A stretch of DNA of 64,000 bases from Candidatus Aminicenantes bacterium. Lineage in GTDB: Bacteria > Acidobacteriota > Aminicenantia > Aminicenantales > UBA4085. The notes under the pieces are model-generated. The model searched no databases. It worked only from the letters and a program-made list of their open reading frames with translations, and had not been told where the DNA came from. Positions within the stretch are counted from its first letter, which is position 1, and each line of letters starts with the position of its first letter. A program made the translations under genes and the position numbers. The DNA lies in contig OY970261.1 of the NCBI GenBank assembly GCA_963715635.1, positions 1,920,711 to 1,984,710 of the forward strand, written 5' to 3'. This document shows positions 46,897-54,852 of the stretch, in pieces.

Positions 46897-48675
46897 ATGA
46901 AGATCAACTACCTCAACGGAAACAGGCTCTACTATGCCGTTCTCGCCGGCGGCCATGCCGTCATCCAGGACCAGACCTATTTGAATAAAATCAACGTCTT
47001 CCCGGTGGCGGACTCGGACACCGGCACGAACCTCGCTTCAACAATGAAGGCCATCGCCGAAGGCGCGGTCGCCAACCGGTCCATCAAAGCCACGTTGAAG
47101 TCGATCGCCAATGCCGCCCTCAGCGGCGCCCAAGGCAACTCCGGGATCATTTTTGCCCAATTTATCCACGGCATGAGCAAAGAGACGGAGCACGAGTTCA
47201 AGCTCTCCACCAAGGCCTTCGGTGAAGCCGCCAAAAGGGCTGTTCATTACGTCCACAAGGCGATTGTCACCCCCGTCGAAGGAACAATGATCACAGTCAT
47301 CCGGGATTGGGCCGAGGCTGTTTATCAGAAACGGACGCAGACCTCGGATTTCTCCGAACTCCTGACTGATTCTCTTCCTGTTGCCCAGAAATCGCTGAAA
47401 GAGACAACTTACAAGCTCCAAGTCCTAGCCCGAGCCGGCGTCGTCGATGCCGGAGCGAAAGGCTTTGTCGATTTTCTGGAGGGAATCGTCCACTTCATGA
47501 AAAAGGGCAAGCTGTCCCGAATTCCGAAGATGGAGGTCATGCCGACGCATGAAGAAATTCGGATTCCATCGGCCAATGAATCGCTGGAATACCGCTACTG
47601 CTCCGAGGCCCTGCTGGCCGGACAAGCCCTCGATGCCGACAAAATCCGGGGCATCGTCCAGCAGTACGGCGGGTCCGCGGTCGTCGCCGGCTCCGAGGAA
47701 AAGGTCCGGATCCATGTCCATACCAATGATCCCTCCCGCCTCTTCTTCACGCTCAAGGACTACGGCTCCATCATCCAAATCAAAGCAGAGGACATGCGGA
47801 AGCAGCACGAAGCGGCCTATTCTCCCAAAGCGAAAATCGCCCTCCTCACGGACTCCTCCTGCGACCTCCCCCAATCTGTCCTGGACGAGCGCCAGATTCA
47901 TGTCGTGCCTTTTCTTCTATCGTTCGGTTCGACCCAATTTTTGGACAAAATTACTATCACGGCCGACCAATTTTATGGGTTCATGAAGACAGCCAAGGAC
48001 ATTCCGACGACCGCCCAGCCGCCTATCCAAGGAGTGCAAAATTTCCTCGCCTTCCTGGCGAGTCACTATGACTCGATCATCGTCCTGAGCATCTCGGATA
48101 AGCTTACGGGCTTCTATAATATGTGCTTGAAAATCGCCGAAAAGATGCCCGGCAAAAAAATCAGCGTGATCAATTCCCGGCATATCTCCGCCTCCCTCGG
48201 CCTGCTTGTGGCGCGGGCCTCGGAAAAGGTCCTGGCCGGAGTTCCTCATGATGAGATCGTCAAGGACATCGAGACTTGGATTCCCAAAACCAAGATTATC
48301 GTAGACGTGGAAACCTTGAAATACATGGTCCGCGGCGGGCGCGTCAGCCCGGCCAAGGGACTTATTGCAAAAATCCTGAATCTCAAGCCGATCATCGAGT
48401 TGGACAAAGAAGGAAAAACGACAGCGGTCGGAAAATCCTTCAGCCGCAAGGCCAACATGGTGAAAATCCTGAAGCGGATTCGGGCGCTGGCCCAAAAAGA
48501 AAAGATCTGGGGCTATGCGGTCGTCCATGCCCGGAATCCTGAGCGGGCCAATCTGTACGAACAAAAGCTTACGGATATGCTGCATAGGAAGCCCGCTTTT
48601 GTCATGGATGTGGCCCCCGTCATCGGCGTCCACAGCGGCATCGGGGCGGTCGCCGTCGCGCTCCTGTCCGAATAA
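46897..48675 (+). CDS. Fusion protein: FakA-like DAK2/DhaL kinase domain + FakA middle domain + full DegV (FakB-like fatty-acid-binding) domain
   Basis: N-terminal part: FPVADSDTGTN, GAQGNSG, PVEGTMITV, AGVVDAGAKG. Middle part: YRYCSEALL...KVRIHVHTNDP...IKAEDMRKQ. C-terminal part: KIALLTDSSCDLP, TTAQPP, LKYMVRGGRVS, VIGVHSGIGAV (DegV pattern). Confidence 0.8.
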   Translation: MKINYLNGNRLYYAVLAGGHAVIQDQTYLNKINVFPVADSDTGTNLASTMKAIAEGAVANRSIKATLKSIANAALSGAQGNSGIIFAQFIHGMSKETEHEFKLSTKAFGEAAKRAVHYVHKAIVTPVEGTMITVIRDWAEAVYQKRTQTSDFSELLTDSLPVAQKSLKETTYKLQVLARAGVVDAGAKGFVDFLEGIVHFMKKGKLSRIPKMEVMPTHEEIRIPSANESLEYRYCSEALLAGQALDADKIRGIVQQYGGSAVVAGSEEKVRIHVHTNDPSRLFFTLKDYGSIIQIKAEDMRKQHEAAYSPKAKIALLTDSSCDLPQSVLDERQIHVVPFLLSFGSTQFLDKITITADQFYGFMKTAKDIPTTAQPPIQGVQNFLAFLASHYDSIIVLSISDKLTGFYNMCLKIAEKMPGKKISVINSRHISASLGLLVARASEKVLAGVPHDEIVKDIETWIPKTKIIVDVETLKYMVRGGRVSPAKGLIAKILNLKPIIELDKEGKTTAVGKSFSRKANMVKILKRIRALAQKEKIWGYAVVHARNPERANLYEQKLTDMLHRKPAFVMDVAPVIGVHSGIGAVAVALLSE

Positions 48676-48717
48676 AGAACGGCAAGATTTCCGAAAATCA
48701 TAGGCTTTGATGTGAGC

Positions 48718-49488
48718 ATGCCAACGTATATTCTCTATTCGGCCCTGGCAGTTTTTTTCTATATGACGGGATTGTTTTTTATCGCTTTGGCCGGTAAGGA
48801 CAATTCCATCGCGGACATCGGCTGGGGTCTCGGCTTTGTCCTGGTGGCGCTGCTGAGCTTTTTCCTTGAGCCGCGATACACGTCTCGCCATCTCCTTGTC
48901 GTCGGACTCGTCATCATCTGGGGCATCCGACTGGCCGGGCACATCGGCTTCAGGAACCGCAAGCGCGGCGAAGATTTCCGCTATGCAAAATGGCGCGAAC
49001 AATGGGGGCGATGGTTCATTGTCCGAAGCTATCTTCAGGTATTCCTTCTCCAAGGATTGATTCTTCTGCTCATCTCCTATTCCGTCCTGGTGGTCAACCA
49101 CTCCACGGAACGCGGCTGGAGGGTCCTCGATGTCATCGGGCTCGTCCTTTGGCTGATCGGCTTTTTGTTCGAGGCCGTGGGCGATGATCAGTTGACCCGC
49201 TTTAAAAAGAACCCCGCCAACAAGGGCAAGGTCATCACGACGGGTTTATGGAAAACCACCAGGCACCCCAACTACTTCGGCGAGTCGGCGATGTGGTGGG
49301 GGATCTTTTTGATCGCCCTGTCCGTCAAGAACGGTTGGACGGCCGTCATCAGCCCGGTCGTGATCACCTTCATGTTGCTCAAGGTTTCGGGAGTGCCTAT
49401 GCTCGAAAAAAAATATGCCGGGAACCGGGAATTCAAGGAATACGCGAGAAAAACGAGTGTGTTTGTCCCCTGGTTTCCCAAAAAATGA
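48718..49488 (+). CDS. DUF1295 / steroid 5-alpha-reductase-like membrane protein
   Basis: DQLTRFKKNPANKGKVITTGLWKTTRHPNYFGESAMWWG is the DUF1295 signature. Multi-pass membrane protein. The start is GTG 48712 or ATG 48718. Confidence 0.8.
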   Translation: MPTYILYSALAVFFYMTGLFFIALAGKDNSIADIGWGLGFVLVALLSFFLEPRYTSRHLLVVGLVIIWGIRLAGHIGFRNRKRGEDFRYAKWREQWGRWFIVRSYLQVFLLQGLILLLISYSVLVVNHSTERGWRVLDVIGLVLWLIGFLFEAVGDDQLTRFKKNPANKGKVITTGLWKTTRHPNYFGESAMWWGIFLIALSVKNGWTAVISPVVITFMLLKVSGVPMLEKKYAGNREFKEYARKTSVFVPWFPKK

Positions 49489-49495
49489 GGGACCC

Positions 49496-49918
49496 ATGAT
49501 ATTTATTCCCTATGCCCTGCTCTGGGTGTTATCGTTTGTGTTTACCAGCACCATCGATGCCGTCTGGCACCTCGTTCTCTTCGGCAAAATCTATTCCAGG
49601 GGTATCAAGCCTTTGGCCCGCATGAGCGGCGACAAAATGGCCTTCAACGCCTTAGCCGGAATCATATCTCAGGTGCTTGTCGTCACCAGCCTGGTCGTCA
49701 TCGTTCTTTATAAAATCCAGAACGGGACTCTCCTGGAAGCCACGTTTGTCGGCGCCCTCGCCGGAATCCTGGCAATCACAGTCTACGGTGTGACGAATTA
49801 TGCACTGTTTAAAGACTGGGGACTCGACATCACCATCCTGGAGGTCGTCTGGGGGCCGATCCTGGGCGGACTGAGCGGCGCCTTCGCCTTCTGGATGAAG
49901 TCGCTGCTGATCAAATAA
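49496..49918 (+). CDS. Small integral membrane protein (DUF2177-like)
   Basis: 140 aa with four hydrophobic helices, starting 7 nt after the DUF1295 gene. The family call is by eye. Confidence 0.6.
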   Translation: MIFIPYALLWVLSFVFTSTIDAVWHLVLFGKIYSRGIKPLARMSGDKMAFNALAGIISQVLVVTSLVVIVLYKIQNGTLLEATFVGALAGILAITVYGVTNYALFKDWGLDITILEVVWGPILGGLSGAFAFWMKSLLIK

Positions 49919-49956
49919 GATACGTAGGTCTCTCCTCTCTCGCGTGGGGGAATTCG

Positions 49957-49978
49957 GGAGTCCCTGACGGACTCCTTT
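49957..49978. terminator. Candidate hairpin terminator between convergent genes
   Basis: GGAGTCC (49957-49963), loop CTGAC, GGACTCC (49969-49975), followed by TTT. The stem is short and the U-tract weak. Confidence 0.3.
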
Positions 49979-50020
49979 CTGCATAACCTACACAAAATGG
50001 AAGAGGGCCGAATATCTTTT

Positions 50021-50461
50021 TTAGGGCTTGAGCTGTGAGGTGCAGTTGGGGCAGCGGACGGCCTTGATCGGGATGACGGAAAAGCAGAAGGGGCATTCCT
50101 TGGTCGTCGGGACGGCGTGCGCCTCGGCCGGCTTGCGCCTGAGCTTGTTGACCTGCTTGACCAAGAGAAACATCACCAGCGCCACGATCAGAAAATCGAT
50201 AAAAACGTTCAGAAAAATGCCGTAGTTGATCGTCGCCGCGCCGGCCGCTTTGGCTTCAGCCAACGTAGCATAGGACTTACCGGACAGGTTGATGAATAGG
50301 CTGGCGAAATCGACCTTCCCGAGCAGCAGCCCGATGGGAGGCATGATCACATCGTTCACCAGGGAGCTGACGATCTTGCCAAAAGCGCCGCCCAGGATGA
50401 AACCGATGGCCAGGTCGAGCAGGCTCCCCTTCATGGCGAATTCCTTGAATTCTTTAAGCAT
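50021..50461 (-). CDS. mscL: Large-conductance mechanosensitive channel with C-terminal zinc-ribbon extension
   Basis: [44 protein letters not shown] is canonical MscL. The C-terminus reads CPFC...RCPNC. GGAGGT RBS. Confidence 0.9.
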   Translation of the reverse strand: MLKEFKEFAMKGSLLDLAIGFILGGAFGKIVSSLVNDVIMPPIGLLLGKVDFASLFINLSGKSYATLAEAKAAGAATINYGIFLNVFIDFLIVALVMFLLVKQVNKLRRKPAEAHAVPTTKECPFCFSVIPIKAVRCPNCTSQLKP

Positions 50462-50625
50462 CCGACCTCCTTTCTAAATTGAGAAAATTTTCCCGAGAAA
50501 TCGCCATAACTATAAAGCGACTGCCGCATCTCGTCAACCGCCGGCCGTCCGAGCTACAATTCTAAGCGCTTTTATTATAAAATGAACGCGGCTGATCCGA
50601 AGATCTACGACGAGGAGTTAACGGG

Positions 50626-51597
50626 ATGAAAAAAACCATTTTGACGCTCTTCATCATGCAGCTGTTTGTCCACTCTCTCCCGGCCCAGGTGGCCAGCCTT
50701 TCTCATCTGTTCCTGCTGGGCAGAGGGGTCAAGGACCTCGACGGCGATTCTCTTGCCGATAAGATCGCGCTTTGTATCGTCATTCCCGACAACGCCAATG
50801 CCTACGAGCTGGCCGTCGCCTCCGACATCGCCTCGCGGGCCAACCTGGAAAGCCTGGCCCAGGACTTTTCCCTGGTCAAACGGGAGTCCGATATTTCGCG
50901 CATCGAACGCCTGGAAAACCCCATTTTCATCGGAACCAATGTCAAATGGCTCAAGGACGCCATAAAGGATGAAGACATCCTCGTGCCCACGCTCGGGCCG
51001 AACCAGGGCCTGGTCGCCGTTTTTTCTATGAAGAACCAGAACGGCGTTATTCTTATCGCCAGCAGTGAAGACGCTCTCCTCCAGACGGGCCGCGCATTCT
51101 TCCTCCGTTGGCCCTATTTTTGGGAGATCTGGGGACGGGAGGAAGGAACGACTTATGCTTCTCTTGAAAAGGACATCACTCAGTTCTTGGCAGCGGAAGG
51201 CGTGAACCTTCAAAAGACCATCATCAAATCGGTCCTCTACGAATTCCCTCCCCTGAAAAAGAGCCCGGCTGCCCTCAAGAAACTATCGTTCAATTCGGGC
51301 GAGATCAAGGACCTGACCATAGAGATCTACTTCACCGACGAAGACGACCAGGGGAAATCGTCTAGGGCGTTCGGGACGCTCCTCCAGCAGCACCAGAAGG
51401 GCCAAAAAACGAGACGTCCTGTCCTACCCCGGATGCGCTCAATTGACCCTCTCGCTCCGCTACGGAAAAAAGAACCTGCAGACGGTCATCCCACGCCTGG
51501 GGTTCCCCAGGCGGATGCTGACGCCTTCTTTCAAGGACTCGCCGAGGGCGGATGGGGCCGGCAAAGAGTTCGACCTGCTCAGCCTTTTGACGACTAA
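50626..51597 (+). CDS. N-terminal part (signal peptide + unknown domain) of a giant M14 carboxypeptidase-like protein. The frame breaks near 51404-51409, and the tail after about 51410 is out of frame.
   Basis: Signal peptide MKKTILTLFIMQLFVHSLPAQ. Composition looks sensible up to ...LLQQHQKGQK, then turns Arg/Pro-rich and out of frame. Confidence 0.7.
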   Translation: MKKTILTLFIMQLFVHSLPAQVASLSHLFLLGRGVKDLDGDSLADKIALCIVIPDNANAYELAVASDIASRANLESLAQDFSLVKRESDISRIERLENPIFIGTNVKWLKDAIKDEDILVPTLGPNQGLVAVFSMKNQNGVILIASSEDALLQTGRAFFLRWPYFWEIWGREEGTTYASLEKDITQFLAAEGVNLQKTIIKSVLYEFPPLKKSPAALKKLSFNSGEIKDLTIEIYFTDEDDQGKSSRAFGTLLQQHQKGQKTRRPVLPRMRSIDPLAPLRKKEPADGHPTPGVPQADADAFFQGLAEGGWGRQRVRPAQPFDD

Positions 51598-54500
51598 AGG
51601 ATTCTATGGGGATCTCGATCGAGACGGGAATATCGACGCCCTGGACTCTCAAGTAATCATTCCCCAGGGCTCGAATATCAAGGGGATTGCCCAGGTCGCC
51701 ACCAGGCTCATGCTTGGAACGGCTGGGGCCTCTTTTCCCGTGGTTTACCTCGACAAAGAGATCGAGAATAAAAAAGCCCTGGTGGCACCCATCCTGATCG
51801 GCCCTAACACGCTCAGCCAGGAGCTGCAGAGGATTGGAAAGTTGAAAGTCCCCCCGCTCGAAAATGCCTGGGGGATCGCAACAGTCGTCCCCAAAGCCTT
51901 CAACAAATCCAGCGCCCTGGCTTTTCTGGCGGCGGACAATATCGGCCTGGAAAAAATCTTGACCTATTTCAACCAGACATTTCCTTACTTGGACGAATAC
52001 AAGGACGGCCAGCGCCAGATCAGCGATGCCGCGGCGGACCTAGAAAAATTTTTTAAAGGAGAGCGCGGCAGCGCCGAGGCCTATCTGGCCCAAGGCCTAA
52101 AAAAGGGCCTCGAGGATTTCAAGGACAAAGAACTGGAATCGTTCAAGGCTGAGATCTATCTGCCCCAGCCCAACCCGAAATTCGAGGAGGACGTGAAAAA
52201 AAGTCTGGCCGCTTCGCTAAAAACAGAGTCGCTCGAGGTCAAGAGCTTCCTCATGAATGACGGCAAGAAAATCTTCGAGAAGGAGCAGGCTTTTTCCTGG
52301 GAAGCCGACGATGCCCTGAAGCTCATCGAGGAAAAAGTGAAGGGCCTGGCCAACCCAACCATGCCGCTTCGCATAAGCCTGGGCCTCAGCGAATCGCCGG
52401 ACATCCGGCAGAAGGTCAAAAAACAGGTCGAGGCCTTGTTTGCCGAAAGCCAAAAGGCTCGCGCCGAAGTCGAAGTTCTTTCGGCCTACAAGCAGGGCTT
52501 TTTCTGGTTGTTGGAAAAAGTTTTGCCGCAGCTTCGGAGTAAGGCTGTCGGCCAAATCGTGATTAGATTCGCCGAGGAAAAGGAAAACCTGAGCCGGCCC
52601 AAAAGGTTTTATTCGGAGCCGGCCCGCTGGCTGCAGGAGCTCTATCCGGTGGATGAGATCATGGCCAGAGACCTCAATCTTCCCCTGGATAGGATCCATC
52701 TTGAGCTCAAGCCGGCCGGCGAGGCCATTTATGAAGTGATCGCCTATGATCCAAAAAACGTGGTCATGTTCCAGCAGAGCTTTTCGCCGCGCATCCGGGA
52801 AATCCCCTACCTCAAGCCCCTTCCCGAATGGGGAACTGTGAAGCTGACCACGGGGTGGCTGAGAATCGAAGCGGGAAATGACGTGATCATCGACACGCCG
52901 CTCAAGTGCGACTTGGAAAAGGTCTGGGATTATTACCAGGATGAAGTCCTCAGCCCCGTCTATTCTCAGATTCTGAAAAAAACGGGAAACGAGCCGACCT
53001 ATTCCAAGCAGCCGTATTTCAAGCGGCTGATGGTTGAGCTGTGGGCCAGCGAGCCGGATTTCCGGATCGGTCTGGATGAAGAAATCGTCAGCTCGCTCGA
53101 AGCTCTCCATGATGAGCTCTATTTTGACACGCTCGACTTTCTGAGGGGCATCACCGAGCTGGACGTCGAGGAGCAGGAATTGCCCGAAGACACGTCCCGC
53201 TTTTCCGCGCCCGGCAATATTTTTCCGGTCATCCATCCTTCTTCGGAAGGAGAGCGCCCCAAGCTGAAAGTGACGTTTGAGGACTGGGCGGCCTCCTCCC
53301 CCCAAATGGTCCTGAAATGGAAAGAAAAGGGCCGTGAAGAGTCCAGCCGCAGGATCGCTTTCCCCGCCCTCAAGCCGAAACCGCTCCAGGTTCCGGCGCT
53401 GATCTACAACGGGCTTGAAGAAAAAATCGAAAGCCTGATCATCGAGCTCGAGTTTGAAAAAGAAAACGAATACTTGGCCTTGCTGGATATTCTGGGCTCT
53501 TATAGAGAGCTCCTGGATAAAAACCTCCTACCGACGGCGTTGAGCTTGCCGAATCTCAATGCCATCACCCTCAGAATAAAATGCAAGGATATGGAAAAAG
53601 AGGAAAAAATCCCGGTCGTCACTCCCGAAACTCAGGAAAAGTCGGCCGCCAGGCCCCTGAAACCGGGAGAAATGATTGTCGATACGACGAAAATCCTGTC
53701 TCCGGAGATGGTCCAGGAAACGGTCAACCGTCTGGCCCAATTCGCGTCTATCAGGGCCTACATCGGGGGAAAATCATTCGAAGGCCGCGACGTTCCCGTG
53801 ATCGAGGTGTACAAGCCGCTCGGCAAGTATATATCAATTCCCCGGCTCATCGCAGCCAAGCCCACGATCTATCTCAGCGGTCGCCAGCATGCCAACGAGG
53901 TGTCTTCGACGAGTTACATCCTCAAGCTGGCCGAGCTGCTGGCGACGGACAAGACCTACCAGGATTACATCAACAAGGTCAACTTCGTGCTTCATCCGAT
54001 GGAAAATCCCGACGGCGCCGCCCTGGCCTTTGACCTCCAGAAATTGACGCCGTTCCACAGCCTCCATGCCGGCCGCTACAGCTCTCTGGGTATCGATGTG
54101 GGCTCCATGGGCGGCAGCTCGCGGCCGATCCTGCCGGAAGCCCTGGTCCGGCGGAACCTGAACAGCAAATGGCAGCCCGACATTTACCTCAACCTCCACG
54201 GATATCCTTCCCACGAATGGGTGCAGCAGTTTTCAAATTATTCGCCGTATCTTTTCCGCGATTACTGGATTCCCCGCGGCTGGTATGCCCTTTATAGGTC
54301 CCTAAGCCTGCCGCTCTACCAAAAGTATAAAGAAGCCGGAGACGAGCTGAAAAGTTTCATCATCACTGAGATGCAGTCGAATGACAAGATCAAGGAGTCC
54401 AATAAAAAGTTCACCGACCGCTATTTCCGCTGGGCTGCCCGTTGGCAGCCCCATCTCGACTATCTCGAGCTCTACGACGGCGTCAACCTTTATGCCAAGA

Positions 54501-54766
54501 GGCGCTCATCCACGGAAAGCCGCCTCTCCCCCCGGACGCAGGTCACCTTCGTCGAGGAAACGCCCGAACTCATGGACGAGACGGCCCGTGGCGCCTGGCT
54601 CGATTTCCTGTCCCTGCAGGGGTTGAGCTATCTCCGCGCCCACCTCAAATACCTGGCCCAGGCAAAATACGAAACCGTCCGGTTTGAGGAAGAGGTCCAG
54701 GACCGGGTCCGCATCCAGTTTGTCAGGGGCAGGCCGGGGACAGTAAAAAAAGCTGGCAAGGAATAG
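51443..54766 (+). CDS. C-terminal part of the same gene (+1 frame): large unknown region and an M14 zinc carboxypeptidase-like domain
   Basis: This frame is open from 51323. SGRQHANEVSSTSYILKLAELL (HxxE zinc ligands), HPMENPDG and NLHGYPSHEW (third His) match the M14 pattern. Confidence 0.8.
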   Translation: MTLSLRYGKKNLQTVIPRLGFPRRMLTPSFKDSPRADGAGKEFDLLSLLTTKGFYGDLDRDGNIDALDSQVIIPQGSNIKGIAQVATRLMLGTAGASFPVVYLDKEIENKKALVAPILIGPNTLSQELQRIGKLKVPPLENAWGIATVVPKAFNKSSALAFLAADNIGLEKILTYFNQTFPYLDEYKDGQRQISDAAADLEKFFKGERGSAEAYLAQGLKKGLEDFKDKELESFKAEIYLPQPNPKFEEDVKKSLAASLKTESLEVKSFLMNDGKKIFEKEQAFSWEADDALKLIEEKVKGLANPTMPLRISLGLSESPDIRQKVKKQVEALFAESQKARAEVEVLSAYKQGFFWLLEKVLPQLRSKAVGQIVIRFAEEKENLSRPKRFYSEPARWLQELYPVDEIMARDLNLPLDRIHLELKPAGEAIYEVIAYDPKNVVMFQQSFSPRIREIPYLKPLPEWGTVKLTTGWLRIEAGNDVIIDTPLKCDLEKVWDYYQDEVLSPVYSQILKKTGNEPTYSKQPYFKRLMVELWASEPDFRIGLDEEIVSSLEALHDELYFDTLDFLRGITELDVEEQELPEDTSRFSAPGNIFPVIHPSSEGERPKLKVTFEDWAASSPQMVLKWKEKGREESSRRIAFPALKPKPLQVPALIYNGLEEKIESLIIELEFEKENEYLALLDILGSYRELLDKNLLPTALSLPNLNAITLRIKCKDMEKEEKIPVVTPETQEKSAARPLKPGEMIVDTTKILSPEMVQETVNRLAQFASIRAYIGGKSFEGRDVPVIEVYKPLGKYISIPRLIAAKPTIYLSGRQHANEVSSTSYILKLAELLATDKTYQDYINKVNFVLHPMENPDGAALAFDLQKLTPFHSLHAGRYSSLGIDVGSMGGSSRPILPEALVRRNLNSKWQPDIYLNLHGYPSHEWVQQFSNYSPYLFRDYWIPRGWYALYRSLSLPLYQKYKEAGDELKSFIITEMQSNDKIKESNKKFTDRYFRWAARWQPHLDYLELYDGVNLYAKRRSSTESRLSPRTQVTFVEETPELMDETARGAWLDFLSLQGLSYLRAHLKYLAQAKYETVRFEEEVQDRVRIQFVRGRPGTVKKAGKE

Positions 54767-54780
54767 AATTTTTTAAATCG

Positions 54781-54809
54781 TTGTCAATCCGGGACAAAAT
54801 TGATAAGAT
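54781..54809 (+). promoter_or_regulatory. sigma70-type promoter for the sigma54-activator gene
   Basis: TTGTCA (54781-54786), a 17-nt spacer, then TAAGAT (54804-54809), about 44 nt upstream of the ATG at 54853. Confidence 0.45.
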
Positions 54810-54852
54810 AGCGTTCAAGACCTGAACAGGGGCCGATCTTAAAGCGGAAATC

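Noticed and set aside
47917-49101. A 394-aa minus-strand ORF. Similar long antisense ORFs occur at 52217..53305, 43981..44973, 35979..36956, 18221..19246, 14327..15244 and 9008..9739.
   Set aside because: All lie fully antisense to genes with clear family motifs. Their Arg/Gly/Asp/Pro-rich low-complexity composition is typical of shadow ORFs in GC-rich DNA. They lack an RBS and any recognisable domain.
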